Positions 7,978 to 17,979 of a DNA stretch of 38,678 nucleotides are shown here, piece after piece. Location: positions 1-38,678 of the forward strand of contig DASUBC010000137.1 of the NCBI GenBank assembly GCA_035763465.1, given 5' to 3'. The notes under the pieces are model-generated. The model searched no databases and had not been told where the DNA came from. It saw only the letters and a list, made by a program, of their open reading frames with translations. The DNA comes from Thermomicrobiales bacterium. Lineage in GTDB: Bacteria; Chloroflexota; Chloroflexia; Thermomicrobiales; CADCWN01. The position numbers and the translations under genes are program-made. The number at the start of each line of letters is the position of its first letter. Positions within the stretch are counted from its first letter, which is position 1.

Positions 7978-9693
7978 GTGAGTTCTGTACGGAGCTGCAC
8001 ATGTATCGCTCGTGCCATACTGCTCGCGGGTGTGCTCGCCGGCCTGGCCGGATGTACTGCTGGCCGGGCCATCCCAACACCCACGGCATCCTCCCGGGCT
8101 ACGTCAACGCCCGTAGCGCCGCCGACGCCCACCGCCATTGTGGTGACACCGACCACTGTGCAGAGTCCGACACCCTCCCCGGTGGCTACTCCGAGTCCGC
8201 CGCCGCCCAATCCCTTGCTCTCGCGCGGGCAGCCGACTGCGCCGCCTGAGAGTGCGGTGGTAAGTGGGCACTACTGCGGCTACCCGGCCTGGCACGCGAC
8301 GACCTTCCCGACCACCGTTGCGATCCATGTCGGGTCTGGCTTTGAGCAACTCCTGCTCAGCTGGAACAGCGCCACGACGACCGATTACGTCGCTCTCGAC
8401 CATGCCCCTACCTACGGTATCCCCGCCGACTACACTATCGCCGTCTCCGCTGATTCGACCGATGGCAGCAATGGTACCTGGCGCGAGGTTGTTCGCGTGC
8501 AGGGGAACACCGCGCGCACCCGCGCCCACCGCTTTCCAGCGACCGATGCTGCCTGGGTACGCATGACAGTAACTGCGCTTGCGCCGGGTACCGCCGGTGG
8601 AGCACTGGCGATTGATGAAATAGACATCCACGATGCCTCACGCGGCGCTGCCGACACCGTCTTTTTCATGGGCGACTCTATTACCGCCGCCGCCTTCTCC
8701 CGTTGCGATACCCGGCAGCCGTCGTTCGCCGAACTGGTCCACCGCGCTGCTCCCGGCCGCTTCCCCGCCATGATTGACGGGGGAGTCGGGGGGACGAATA
8801 GCGCGTATGGCCTCCAGGTAGTCAATGACTGGCTGGCGCTGAACCCCGACTTCGCTATCTGGGCGATCGGCTTCGGCACCAACGATGCCTGGCAAGGGGT
8901 GGCGCCGGCTGTCTTCGAACAGCAGATTGAAGCACTGGTCGAGCGCATTAGCGCGGCAGGACGGCGACCGGTGCTGGCGCGCATCCCCTATGCCACTGGC
9001 GGGCCGCCGGACGCCAATGTGCAGGCCCTCAACGCGGTGATTGATCGCATCACCACCCGCGATCACCTCTTGCCCGGCCCGGACCTCTATGCCTGGTTCA
9101 AAGCCAATCCGGGCGAGCTCAGTCCTGACGGCGTCCACCCAACCGACGCTGGCGCGCGCTCGATCAATCGCCTGTGGTACGAGGCGCTACGCCCATTGTA
9201 CGGTGCGGCCTCGCGATCACCCCGTGAGCCGGATGGCCCGCGCCGCCTGACCGGCGACGACGGCGCGCGGTGGAACATCTTTCGTTACGATGGCCCCCGC
9301 ACCGATTATCGCGTCGTCACCAATCGTGACGCCCTTGAGCACGAGCGCACGGCAGCCAAGCCAGACCCGGTCGCCGATGTAGACCGGCTTTGCCACCGGC
9401 GCGGCGCCGGCGATCCCGTGCTGATCCGTATCCATGATCACGACGTCCCAGGCGATCTTGCAGTCGCGGCCGATACGTACCTCCTGCTGGGCGATTATCT
9501 CGGTGTTGCGGTTCAGGTAGGTACCATTGCCAATACTGATGTGCGCGCCGCGCCAGCATTCCAGGCGCACGCCCGGATAGAAGGTGCAATTGGCGGCTTC
9601 GATGTACCCGCCGTCATTCCGGATGACGAGCGGTGGCCACCCCGGTTCGCGCACCAGCAGCCCGGCCCGGGAGAACGATCGGCGCAGCAGTAG
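7978..9693 (+). CDS. lipoprotein with a beta-sandwich (discoidin-like) domain + intact SGNH esterase; the functional 3' end is uncertain
   Basis: GTG 7978 lies downstream of GGAAAGGG; the track start, TTG 7831, is less likely. The lipobox is LAGLAGC, followed by a Thr/Pro linker. SGNH blocks are GDSITAAA, GGVGGTNS, FGTNDA, DGVHPTDAG. The domain appears complete by about nt 9215, but the frame has no stop until 9693. Confidence 0.7.
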   Translation: MSSVRSCTCIARAILLAGVLAGLAGCTAGRAIPTPTASSRATSTPVAPPTPTAIVVTPTTVQSPTPSPVATPSPPPPNPLLSRGQPTAPPESAVVSGHYCGYPAWHATTFPTTVAIHVGSGFEQLLLSWNSATTTDYVALDHAPTYGIPADYTIAVSADSTDGSNGTWREVVRVQGNTARTRAHRFPATDAAWVRMTVTALAPGTAGGALAIDEIDIHDASRGAADTVFFMGDSITAAAFSRCDTRQPSFAELVHRAAPGRFPAMIDGGVGGTNSAYGLQVVNDWLALNPDFAIWAIGFGTNDAWQGVAPAVFEQQIEALVERISAAGRRPVLARIPYATGGPPDANVQALNAVIDRITTRDHLLPGPDLYAWFKANPGELSPDGVHPTDAGARSINRLWYEALRPLYGAASRSPREPDGPRRLTGDDGARWNIFRYDGPRTDYRVVTNRDALEHERTAAKPDPVADVDRLCHRRGAGDPVLIRIHDHDVPGDLAVAADTYLLLGDYLGVAVQVGTIANTDVRAAPAFQAHARIEGAIGGFDVPAVIPDDERWPPRFAHQQPGPGERSAQQ

Positions 9694-9834
9694 GCCCAGA
9701 AAGAGACTGAGGAGTGAATGCTGGTGAAGCCGGTGGCGGACGCGCGCTAGAAGCGTTGCACTATTGGCGCGGCGGCTGGCGATAGCTGTTTGCTGGTGTG
9801 TAGTCGCCGGGGAATACTGCTCCAAATGTTTCAT
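9217..9834 (-). CDS. left-handed beta-helix (hexapeptide repeat) sugar O-acyltransferase
   Basis: Hexapeptide repeats IGNGTYLNRNTEII..IGRDCKIAWDVVI..IGDRVWLGCRALVLKGVTIGDDAIIGAGAIV. ATG 9834 overlaps the upstream stop as ATGA (9831-9834). Confidence 0.85.
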   Translation of the reverse strand: MKHLEQYSPATTHQQTAIASRRANSATLLARVRHRLHQHSLLSLFLGLLLRRSFSRAGLLVREPGWPPLVIRNDGGYIEAANCTFYPGVRLECWRGAHISIGNGTYLNRNTEIIAQQEVRIGRDCKIAWDVVIMDTDQHGIAGAAPVAKPVYIGDRVWLGCRALVLKGVTIGDDAIIGAGAIVTKDVPPRAVVAGQAARAIRLTG

Positions 9835-11480
9835 CGCGTTGCCTCGATGCCAACCTGTGGACTATCGGCCGCCACGCGAGCGCCAGAGAACGCCTGGCGC
9901 AGCAAGAGAGCATGGCAGACCGCCTGCGCCAGGCCGAAACCGAGGACGAGGAGCGGACGCGACTCATGTGCGAAGGTCAGTGAGTAGGCGATGCCACCAC
10001 TCAACACAACGAGGGCGGCGAGCTGCGGCAGCAGCCACAGGGGATTGAGCTGGCCCCCGGCGACTTTTGGCGTCGGGCGGAAGGCGAGTGGCACGCGCAG
10101 GACCGCCAGCAGCCAGGCCAGCGCATAGACGGGCCAGGTGGCGTACACCAGCGCAGTCGCGCGCCAGAGCGGTGTCTGGGGCGTCGTGGGATGTCGCCAG
10201 AAGTTGAGCGCAACCTGCCGGATCACGACCATCATGATTCCCAGCGGTACAAGATGAATCAGGTACTGGTGGAAATTGACCTGAGCAACGCGGCTGCCGG
10301 CGAGCAGTAGCGCCGCGACAAAGAAAATGTGGACGGCGGCAACCGGGCCAATCCAGTAGTAGGTCATGCGGACGCCGTACACCACCCGTTGTCGCCACGT
10401 CAGGCGGAGAAAGAGGCGCGGGTAGGCGATGAGCAGGAGCTCGAAGACACCGCGCGCCCACTTCAGTTGCTGCGTGAACCAGGCGGCGAGGTCGGGCGGC
10501 GCAAGGCCAGGCGCCAGCGGTTCGGCGACATACACGGAACGCCATCCCGCCGCGTGCAGCGCCAGCGAGGTCATCAGGTCTTCGGCCAGGCCGGGCTGAT
10601 AACCGCCAATCGACTCCAGCGCCGTCCGCCGGATGAGCGCGTTGCTGCCAATTAGTGTGGCACAGCCCAGGCCATCCGCGCCCATCGAGGTGGGATTATA
10701 GAAGTCCAGCGTGCTCTCGGCTGCCGCTCGCGCGACCCAGCTCTGCGCGCTGTTGCAGAAGGTGAGCATCACCTGCACAAAGCCTACCGCCGGGTCGGCG
10801 AAATAGCCGATTGATCGTTCCAGGAACGCCGGGGCCGGCGCGTGATCAATGTCGAAGATGGCGACAACATCTCCGGTGGTGCGCGCCAGCGCGGCGTTCA
10901 GATTTCCCGCCTTGGCGTCTTTCCGGCCTGTGCGGACCAGATAACCCGCGCCGAGCTGCGCCGCCAGGCGCTCGCACGCCGGCTCAGCACCGTCGTCCAG
11001 CAGCCAGGTGCGATGCGCGCCGCGCATGACGACCGCTGCCGACAAGGCGCGCTCGATGAGCGGCAGCGGTTCGCCGCATGCGGTCACGAAGACATCAACT
11101 GTCAGGCCAGCTGGCCGAGACGGCGGCGCAGGACGGCGCCGGGCACACAGGTACAAGAGCCACTGGCCGATGACCTGGAACCAGTTGTAGAACGCGGCAC
11201 AGGCAAGGGCGAACGCAAGCCAGGGCGTCGCCAGCCGGCCGCCGTGTCGCCACCAGCTCAGGTAATAGCCCATGGCGGCGAGCCCGAGCAGCACCAGCCC
11301 GCCGAGTGTCCAGGTCCGCCAGCCGGCGGCGAACCAGGTGCTGCACCCGCGCCAGCCATGCGCCAGTGCGCCCAGCAGGCCCGGTGGACCGGCCACGTTC
11401 GCCGGTACTCCGGTCGCACCATGTGCTGCTGGCGATGGCGCGACATCGTCAAAATTGTCGCCGTGGTACGCTCTCACCAT
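9831..11480 (-). CDS. membrane-embedded processive GT2 beta-glycan synthase, BcsA/CelA-like, without a PilZ domain
   Basis: ATG 11480 directly follows AGGAGGGGAGG; the track start at 11519 is less likely. Motifs: LLDDG, DAKAGNLNAAL, FDIDHAP, GSNALIRR, AEDLMTS, QQLKWARG (the D,D,D,QxxRW set). Transmembrane helices flank the catalytic domain. The C-terminus is transmembrane-only. Confidence 0.9.
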   Translation of the reverse strand: MVRAYHGDNFDDVAPSPAAHGATGVPANVAGPPGLLGALAHGWRGCSTWFAAGWRTWTLGGLVLLGLAAMGYYLSWWRHGGRLATPWLAFALACAAFYNWFQVIGQWLLYLCARRRPAPPSRPAGLTVDVFVTACGEPLPLIERALSAAVVMRGAHRTWLLDDGAEPACERLAAQLGAGYLVRTGRKDAKAGNLNAALARTTGDVVAIFDIDHAPAPAFLERSIGYFADPAVGFVQVMLTFCNSAQSWVARAAAESTLDFYNPTSMGADGLGCATLIGSNALIRRTALESIGGYQPGLAEDLMTSLALHAAGWRSVYVAEPLAPGLAPPDLAAWFTQQLKWARGVFELLLIAYPRLFLRLTWRQRVVYGVRMTYYWIGPVAAVHIFFVAALLLAGSRVAQVNFHQYLIHLVPLGIMMVVIRQVALNFWRHPTTPQTPLWRATALVYATWPVYALAWLLAVLRVPLAFRPTPKVAGGQLNPLWLLPQLAALVVLSGGIAYSLTFAHESRPLLVLGFGLAQAVCHALLLRQAFSGARVAADSPQVGIEATR

Positions 11481-11519
11481 AGCCTCCCCTCCTGCCTTCG
11501 CGGAGCTGGAATGTCGCAC

Positions 11520-13082
11520 TCATGTCGAGGTGTGCCCGTGATAACGGATGTCTTCGCTCGCCAGCGCGAGGCGCGTCGCCGGCTCCCTGCGCCAGTGCAA
11601 CGTCCACCAGCTCAGGAGCGCTGCCAGGGGCATGATGGCGCCGACCAGCGTCGTGGCGACGGCACTGACCGGCCAGATGATGAAATGGTTCTCGTAGAGC
11701 ACATCGAGCGGCGCTACCAGGCGGGCGCCGAGCGCCAGTACGATGATCAGCGCGCTCGCGCTACCGCGTGGCGTCAGCGCGAGCAGTGCGATTGGCAGGG
11801 TGGCATACCAGGACCAGTACACAGGAGCCGCCGTAAGCAAGTAGAGTGTGACGATCAGGCCACAGGCGCGTAAGAACCCGTCTGCGTCGCGCGCCTGACG
11901 GCTGAGAAGCAGCATGCTGACGACGAAGAAACCGTCGAGCAGCAGGGTGACCGCCCATGCTGCCCTGGTGGGCGGCAATATATGCGCAAAACCCCAGACC
12001 AGGGCGCCGGAGAGCGAGGCCGTCACTGCCCGCTGCCCACCCTCTGGCACAGCCGCGAAGGTCGCGCCGCCGAGCCAGAAAACGCGGTAGAGCAGCACGG
12101 CCAGGCCGAGTCCGGCCAGGCCGAGGACGAGCAGCGCCGCCAGATTGCGACGGTCACGCCGCCCGTAGTGCAAGTAGACGACGAACGCCGGCAGCAGCAT
12201 AAGCGGCCAAAACTTCACCAGTGCGCCGAGAACCAGGCCGGCCAGTGCGCCGGTCGGTCGCAATTGCACCGCGGCCAGCAGCGCAGCCAGGGTGCAGGCG
12301 ATCAGCAGCGCGTCGTTGTGGCCGTCACCGGCAAATTCTAGAATGATCAGTGGATTCCATAGATATATCAGCGTCCCGAGCAGCTGGTCCTGCGGGCGGA
12401 CCAGCCCGAGGAGGCGCCAGATCAGCCAGGCTGAGGTCAGGCTGGCCGCAACGGCGAGCAGCTTCAAGAGCAGCACGGTGGGGCCGACCTGATGCGCCAG
12501 GCGCAGAGCGGCGATCTCGATGCCGGTCCAGACCGGACCGTATGGCGTAACGCCGTGCCAGGGCAGCCAGCCTGCCGCCAGCAGGCTCACCCCGAACGGT
12601 GTGGCGGCGACCTCGCTCGCCGGCTGGGCGTAGGGGTTGCCGCCGGTCAGACCGAGATAGCCGTGGGCAACGTAGGTGTAGAGATCGCGTGACAGCGTGG
12701 GGCGAGCGACGAGGAGACCGAGGTTGAACAGGATGGGCCACAGCAGCGCCAGCCACGCGGCGCGACCAGCCAGGCGACCGCGCTGGCAAAGGAACACCAG
12801 CCAGCCGTAGAGCGCAAAGAGGGTGAGCGTGCTCGCGTACAATGCGGCGGCTTGGAACACCAGCCGGCTACCATCAGCGGGAGTGCCCGGGCGCAGGCCG
12901 GTGCTTGTTACCGCGCCGCCCGCGTTGATCAGTCCATTGAGGAATAGCCCGCGCTGGGCCAAATAGTCCACGACATAGAGCGCCGCGCTGGCGCCGCCGA
13001 GCAGCAACACGACACGCGGGCGGGTGCCCGTACATTCGCCCACCTTGCTGGCGGTGCTCCAGCGCGTCACGCCGGTTACCAT
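11520..13082 (-). CDS. polytopic GT-C-fold membrane glycosyltransferase (DUF2029/GT87-like)
   Basis: The plausible start is ATG 13082 (MVTGV...), overlapping the GT4 stop by 7 nt. Many transmembrane segments. SRDLYTYVAHG..GGNPY sits in the first loop, and WNPLIILEFAGDGHNDALL is a family-typical motif. The track ORF's extra 217 N-terminal residues are an Arg-rich overlap with the GT4 gene. Confidence 0.8.
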   Translation of the reverse strand: MVTGVTRWSTASKVGECTGTRPRVVLLLGGASAALYVVDYLAQRGLFLNGLINAGGAVTSTGLRPGTPADGSRLVFQAAALYASTLTLFALYGWLVFLCQRGRLAGRAAWLALLWPILFNLGLLVARPTLSRDLYTYVAHGYLGLTGGNPYAQPASEVAATPFGVSLLAAGWLPWHGVTPYGPVWTGIEIAALRLAHQVGPTVLLLKLLAVAASLTSAWLIWRLLGLVRPQDQLLGTLIYLWNPLIILEFAGDGHNDALLIACTLAALLAAVQLRPTGALAGLVLGALVKFWPLMLLPAFVVYLHYGRRDRRNLAALLVLGLAGLGLAVLLYRVFWLGGATFAAVPEGGQRAVTASLSGALVWGFAHILPPTRAAWAVTLLLDGFFVVSMLLLSRQARDADGFLRACGLIVTLYLLTAAPVYWSWYATLPIALLALTPRGSASALIIVLALGARLVAPLDVLYENHFIIWPVSAVATTLVGAIMPLAALLSWWTLHWRREPATRLALASEDIRYHGHTST

Positions 13083-14323
13083 GCTGGCCCCGGCTTTCCG
13101 CCGCTGTCGCGTAACACTGGCGCGACCAGCGCGGGTAACGCGGCGTAGAAGCGCTCCAACCGGGTTACGGCGGCGTCCCAGCTGTAGCGAGCTTCGGCGG
13201 CCTGCCGCGCCGCAGCGCCGAGGCGGCGGGCGAGCGCGCCGTCGTCCAGCACGCGGCAGACCTGCCGGGCGAAATCCTGCGCGGTATCCGCCAGCAGCAA
13301 CTCTCGCTCGCCCGTGACAGCAAGTCCTTCCGCGCCAAGCGTTGTCGAGACGATCGCCTTCCCCATCGCCAGCGCCTCGACAATCTTCAAGCGCGTGCCA
13401 CCGCCGATTCGCAGCGGCGCGATGACCACGGAGGCCCGCGCGAGATACGGACGCACATCGTCCACCAGACCGGTGACGATGACGTCCGCGCTGGCCCGGC
13501 TGGTGATCACCTCCGGCGGCGACTGGCCGACAATCCACACGCGCACGCCGGGCTGGCGCTGCCGGATCAACGGCAGGATCTCGTCGAGGAAGTAGCGCAC
13601 TGCATCGGTGTTGGGATAGTAGTTGATTGCGCCAAAGAAGAGGATAGTGCCCGGCTCGGGCGCGGCCTCGGCCGGGCGAAACGCGCTGGTGTCCACCGCA
13701 TTCGGGATGACCGCCGTCGGCAGATCGGGACACTCTCGGCGCACGAACGCCTCGTCCCGCGCCGAGGTCGTCAGGCAGCCGGTGAATCGGCGCCAGGCCG
13801 CGTGTTCTTCACGGCGCAACTTGCGGTAATTGATCGCGTTGTAGACCTTCCGGTCGAGGCGCCGATCGGCCGTGGCGGTGCGCCGGAGCACGTCATACTC
13901 GATATTGTGCTCATCCAGGACAAGGCGCGGGCCGTGCGGCAGCCGGTAGGACGCGAGCTGCGCGAATTCGGCGGTGATCACGTCGAAGCGTTCGCGCGCG
14001 ACGAGCGCATCGAGCGCCGCCTGGAAGGCCGGACGATGATGGACCAGCCGTTCAAAACTCCACGGACTCGCCAGCGATACCAGTTGCAGCGCCCGCTTCT
14101 GCCGCGCTGTCAGCCCGTAGCGGTTGTTCGGCACGGTCAGCACCGTGCCGCAGTATTCGCGTGTGGCGCGCACCGCTGCCGTCTGATCCTTGGCTGGGTC
14201 TACCAGCGCCAGCACCGCGACGTCATGCGACTGTGCCAGGCCGGACATCAGCCCCTGCAGCCGTCGTGGCCCACCGGACTGCGGCGGACTGGGCAGGTAG
14301 GGTGTGAGAAAGAGCAGTCTCAT
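13076..14323 (-). CDS. GT4 (GT-B fold) glycosyltransferase
   Basis: MRLLFLTPYLPSPPQSGG N-terminus; C-terminal GGTRLKIVEALAMGKAIVST (EX7E-type) motif. Confidence 0.9.
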   Translation of the reverse strand: MRLLFLTPYLPSPPQSGGPRRLQGLMSGLAQSHDVAVLALVDPAKDQTAAVRATREYCGTVLTVPNNRYGLTARQKRALQLVSLASPWSFERLVHHRPAFQAALDALVARERFDVITAEFAQLASYRLPHGPRLVLDEHNIEYDVLRRTATADRRLDRKVYNAINYRKLRREEHAAWRRFTGCLTTSARDEAFVRRECPDLPTAVIPNAVDTSAFRPAEAAPEPGTILFFGAINYYPNTDAVRYFLDEILPLIRQRQPGVRVWIVGQSPPEVITSRASADVIVTGLVDDVRPYLARASVVIAPLRIGGGTRLKIVEALAMGKAIVSTTLGAEGLAVTGERELLLADTAQDFARQVCRVLDDGALARRLGAAARQAAEARYSWDAAVTRLERFYAALPALVAPVLRDSGGKPGPAW

Positions 14324-14338
14324 AGCAGGCTCAGTCGC

Positions 14339-14896
14339 TCATTCAAACAATGGCCGGTAGGCGCGGCGCCGGCTGCACGGTTGCTGAGATCGGGCGCCGA
14401 TCGGACGCGCCGGGACGCCACCGACGACGGTGTACGGGGGTACATCTCGCGTCACGACGGCGCCCGCAGCGACTACCGCGCCTTCACCGAGCGCCACCCC
14501 CGGTAAGATCAGCGCCCGGCTGCCGATCCAGACATAGTCGCCTACGGTGATCGGTGCGAGCACTTCGGGGAAGGCCGGGTCATGCAGGTCGTGACCATCG
14601 GTCAGCAGCCAGGCGCCCGGCGAGATATCTACATGGTCGCCAATGTGCAGCCCGCCCCGGCCGTCGAGGCAGCAGCCCTGGTTGATTACCGTGTTGCGCC
14701 CGATCACAATCCCGCGCTTACCTGGCTGGGACCGGCCGCGAATGTGGATATACTGGCCCAGCAGCAGGGCCGAGCCAGCGCCGATTTCGATCCCGACAAT
14801 GCGGCGATACCACGCGTGGCGGACGGTGTATGAGGGGACGTGGGCGATCACATGGTTGGTCAGATAGCGCGTCAGCGCCAGCACCAGGCCCTTCAT
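14339..14896 (-). CDS. hexapeptide-repeat acyltransferase (WcaF/WbbJ-like O-acetyltransferase)
   Basis: Motifs [60 protein letters not shown]. There is an ATGA overlap with the wzx stop (14893-14896). Confidence 0.85.
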   Translation of the reverse strand: MKGLVLALTRYLTNHVIAHVPSYTVRHAWYRRIVGIEIGAGSALLLGQYIHIRGRSQPGKRGIVIGRNTVINQGCCLDGRGGLHIGDHVDISPGAWLLTDGHDLHDPAFPEVLAPITVGDYVWIGSRALILPGVALGEGAVVAAGAVVTRDVPPYTVVGGVPARPIGARSQQPCSRRRAYRPLFE

Positions 14897-16359
14897 GCGA
14901 CTGTCACCTCGGCCTCGGCAGCCGGGCGCCGGCGGGCCAGGAGGGCCTGGCGGAACAGTCGCACGTCTTCCGGCGGCGCCAGTCGTAGCGCAAAGCCCGC
15001 CGTACCATAGACCATGGCTCCGACCAGCACGAGCAGCGGCAAGCGCAGTTCGTGCAACGCGAATAACGCGACGGCCATTATGCCGGTCGCCAGTGCGGTC
15101 TTCGCGAGCACGACGAGGTTCCGGCGTGCGAGGAGATCGCGGGGCATGATAGCGAACAGGTAGCAGAGGATGAAGCCTTCGGTGCCGGCCGTGACCGCTG
15201 CCGCCGCGATATGCTGGTAGTGTGGAATCAACAGCCAGTTCAGGCCAAGGTTGAGGACAGTCGCCAGCCCCGCTACCAGCGTCAGCTTGCGTTCTTCATT
15301 GAGACTAACGAGGGTCACGCCCAGGAGTGAATTGATATAGAGAAGCACGAGGGCCACCGCCAGCCACCGGAGCGCCGGAACGGCGGGCAGAAACTCTGGC
15401 CGGCGATAGATGAAGCGGATGATCGGCCCGGCCAGGATGAAGAGACCGGTACAGAGCGGCACACCGATGATCAGGATGATGTCGAGACCTTTGCTCATCG
15501 CGCGCTGTAGCGCAGGCCGCGACTCGACCGACAGCCGCGCGAGGATGGGAAAGAGAATCGCCGACGAGACGATATTCGGCAGGAAGACCAGCGTATCAAA
15601 CAGTCGGTAGGCGGCGCCGTACCAGCCGACCACCGCCGGCGCCGCCAGTTTGGATAGCAGCACAGTATCAATGCGGAAGTAGATCGAACCGAGCACCCAG
15701 TAGAGGAAGAAGGGCAATGCGCCCACCGCCAGGGTGCGGACCAGATGGGCATCGAGCCGCGTGGTCCACGGCATCGTCTTGCCGAGGCAGGCGCCCTGCC
15801 AGATAGCGTTGGCGGCCGCGCCGGCGACAAAGACCGCCGCCATCGCGATGATCCCGTAGCCGCGCGCGAGGAGTACCAGGGCGACCAGACAGACCAGCAC
15901 TTTCTCGATAATCGTGCCGACCGCCGGGTAAAGGAGGCGCTGCGTAGCCTGATAGACCGCCGTAAAGGACGTAGCCAGGCTGTTCCAGAAGAGAATGAGG
16001 CAGTAAATCATCACGGTGAGCCGCAGCTGCGCTGGGTAGCCGAGCAGGATGACGAGCGCGAAAATCAGCCCATAAGACAGGACGGCGAACGCGACTTTAA
16101 TCACTAGCGAATTGAGCAGATACGGACCGGCGAGGCTTGGATCACGCGCGACGGCGCGGACGAGTTGCTGGTTCAGCCCGAACTCGACCAGCACACTGAA
16201 GATTGTCCCGAAGGCCATCGCCAGGTAGAGGTCGCCAAACGCGGCGTCGCCGAGCCGCCAGCCAAGCGCCGCGGTGAGCACAAGTGAGGCCGTCCAGGTA
16301 ATGACCTGCGAGGCCAGGAGGATGGCGCTGTTGCCGATGGTGCGTCGCAGCATCGTCAT
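14893..16359 (-). CDS. wzx: MOP-superfamily oligosaccharide/polysaccharide flippase
   Basis: 488 aa with roughly 12-14 transmembrane segments. The N-terminus [23 protein letters not shown] is typical of this family. There is an ATGA overlap with the upstream gene (16356-16359). Confidence 0.85.
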   Translation of the reverse strand: MTMLRRTIGNSAILLASQVITWTASLVLTAALGWRLGDAAFGDLYLAMAFGTIFSVLVEFGLNQQLVRAVARDPSLAGPYLLNSLVIKVAFAVLSYGLIFALVILLGYPAQLRLTVMIYCLILFWNSLATSFTAVYQATQRLLYPAVGTIIEKVLVCLVALVLLARGYGIIAMAAVFVAGAAANAIWQGACLGKTMPWTTRLDAHLVRTLAVGALPFFLYWVLGSIYFRIDTVLLSKLAAPAVVGWYGAAYRLFDTLVFLPNIVSSAILFPILARLSVESRPALQRAMSKGLDIILIIGVPLCTGLFILAGPIIRFIYRRPEFLPAVPALRWLAVALVLLYINSLLGVTLVSLNEERKLTLVAGLATVLNLGLNWLLIPHYQHIAAAAVTAGTEGFILCYLFAIMPRDLLARRNLVVLAKTALATGIMAVALFALHELRLPLLVLVGAMVYGTAGFALRLAPPEDVRLFRQALLARRRPAAEAEVTVA

Positions 16360-17927
16360 GCCGCCCTCCTCTCCACCAGAACGCGCGCACTGGCGACCGC
16401 TGGCTTGCCTGCTGCTGCGACTGGAGCAACGGCGCGATCGAGCGACGGCAGGCGGACGAGCACACCCAGCATCGCACCCAGGAAGATCATCGTCCGCGAA
16501 TATGTCAGCCCCAGGTCGCCGTAGGAAAAGAAGACCTGCATCACGACGAGACCGACCGCAGTGAGGGCGACAGCCTTCAGGTAGCCGTCGGTGAGCTGGC
16601 GTAAGGTCACCAGACCGAAGACGATCGCCGAGCCGATGAGGTACCAGAACGCGATGAAGCCGACAACGCCCATCTTCATCCAGACCCAGAAGATGGCGTT
16701 GTGCGCGATGTAGCGCCAGTAGACGAAGCCGGTAGCGTCCAGCGACGGCTCAGGCACCAGGAACGTATAGGGCCGGCCGAAGCCCAGCCCGGTCAGCGGA
16801 GCGTTGCGTATGTTGTAGGCGATGTTCTGCTTCTCCAGATCGCGCCAGGCATTCGAGAGGCGATCGCGCTCAATCGTGGGGGCGAAGACTGAGCGGATTG
16901 CCCGCACGGGCTCGGCTACTGCCCCGGTGTGATTCCAGAAAGCGGTGGTGTAGAGCGTTAGCAGGATGATCGCAATGGGGGCGAGTCGCCAGAAGAGCGC
17001 CGGCCGCGTGCGTAGCAGGTACACACCCAGGAGTAGAAAGCCTGCCGCGAGCACGACAAAGCCGATGCGGCGCTGCGTGACGAGCATGGTGACCAACACC
17101 GCCGGGGCGCACCAGCTCATGACGATCCGCTGCCGGCGACCACTCTGGAAGAGCAAGAACGCGCTCAGGAGCAAGAAGAAGGCGGCGAAGAAGACGACGT
17201 CCTCGTGGGCGACGATCGAATCCAGCCGCTGTCCAGCAGCGCGCATGACGACGTAGCGCTCGACTCCCTGGAGGCTCTTCAGCCCGACCGCCGCGACAAT
17301 GAGCCAGACGAAGGCCCGCAGGCGGGCGCGGTTGTGAATGAGCTGGGCGGCTAGCAGGTAGGCGGCGCCAAGATAGAAGAAGGAGCGCGACTCGGCCCAG
17401 GCCGCGTTCAACCAGAAGGTCGAGTAGGTGTTCGGTCCAACGATGCCCCAGACCAGCGAGGCGACGACCGTTAGGAGAAAGAAAACCACCGGCCAGTTGA
17501 GTACGCCGTGATACCAGCGGGCGCCAGTCCGGCCGGCCGCGAGCGCCGCCGCTAGCAGAGAGACCAGGATGAGCATCTCAATCGGGCTGGCTGAGATCGG
17601 AATGCCATAGGTTCCCGAAAGGGTCTCGTAGAAGTGCAAGCGCCAGGCGAGCGGATCGACGCCGACAATCCCCCATTGCTCGACGAAGAGGGCGGCGAAA
17701 ACGAGCAAGTAGAGTCCGGTGATTGGCCGCCGGATGATAATGGCGGCAATCAGCAGGCTCGCGCAGCCGGCCGCCATGAGGATGGGCAGGGTGACCACCT
17801 GACCAGTGGCGAGCAGCAGGCCATAGGCGAGCGCGGTGACTAGCAACAACGTCACCCCCAGGCCGCGCTCGACACGCAACTGGGCGCGCTGGCGCTCGAC
17901 AGACAGACTGGCGGCTGGCGCGAGCAT
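16356..17927 (-). CDS. O-antigen ligase/polymerase family membrane protein (Wzy-like)
   Basis: 523 aa and polytopic. Central VTQRRIGFVVLAAG segment, large loop and flanking helices as in Wzy_C-type proteins. ATG 17927 lies downstream of GGGAGGAGAAGGAAGGG. Confidence 0.75.
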   Translation of the reverse strand: MLAPAASLSVERQRAQLRVERGLGVTLLLVTALAYGLLLATGQVVTLPILMAAGCASLLIAAIIIRRPITGLYLLVFAALFVEQWGIVGVDPLAWRLHFYETLSGTYGIPISASPIEMLILVSLLAAALAAGRTGARWYHGVLNWPVVFFLLTVVASLVWGIVGPNTYSTFWLNAAWAESRSFFYLGAAYLLAAQLIHNRARLRAFVWLIVAAVGLKSLQGVERYVVMRAAGQRLDSIVAHEDVVFFAAFFLLLSAFLLFQSGRRQRIVMSWCAPAVLVTMLVTQRRIGFVVLAAGFLLLGVYLLRTRPALFWRLAPIAIILLTLYTTAFWNHTGAVAEPVRAIRSVFAPTIERDRLSNAWRDLEKQNIAYNIRNAPLTGLGFGRPYTFLVPEPSLDATGFVYWRYIAHNAIFWVWMKMGVVGFIAFWYLIGSAIVFGLVTLRQLTDGYLKAVALTAVGLVVMQVFFSYGDLGLTYSRTMIFLGAMLGVLVRLPSLDRAVAPVAAAGKPAVASARVLVERRAA

Positions 17928-17979
17928 GCCGAGTTCCCTTCCTTCTCCTCCCGTGCCCCGGGCACGGCGGTGCTTGCGC

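Noticed and set aside
10842-11873. 343-aa plus-strand ORF across the GT2 synthase / GT-C junction; similar ORFs at 22246-23370 and 2330-3148
   Set aside because: They lie antisense to genes with strong family motifs, have biased composition and lack plausible translation signals.
13083-13733. N-terminal 217 residues of the 737-aa track ORF (11520-13733)
   Set aside because: The Arg-rich sequence overlaps the C-terminal half of the GT4 gene in another frame. The hydrophobic GT-C protein begins convincingly at ATG 13082.
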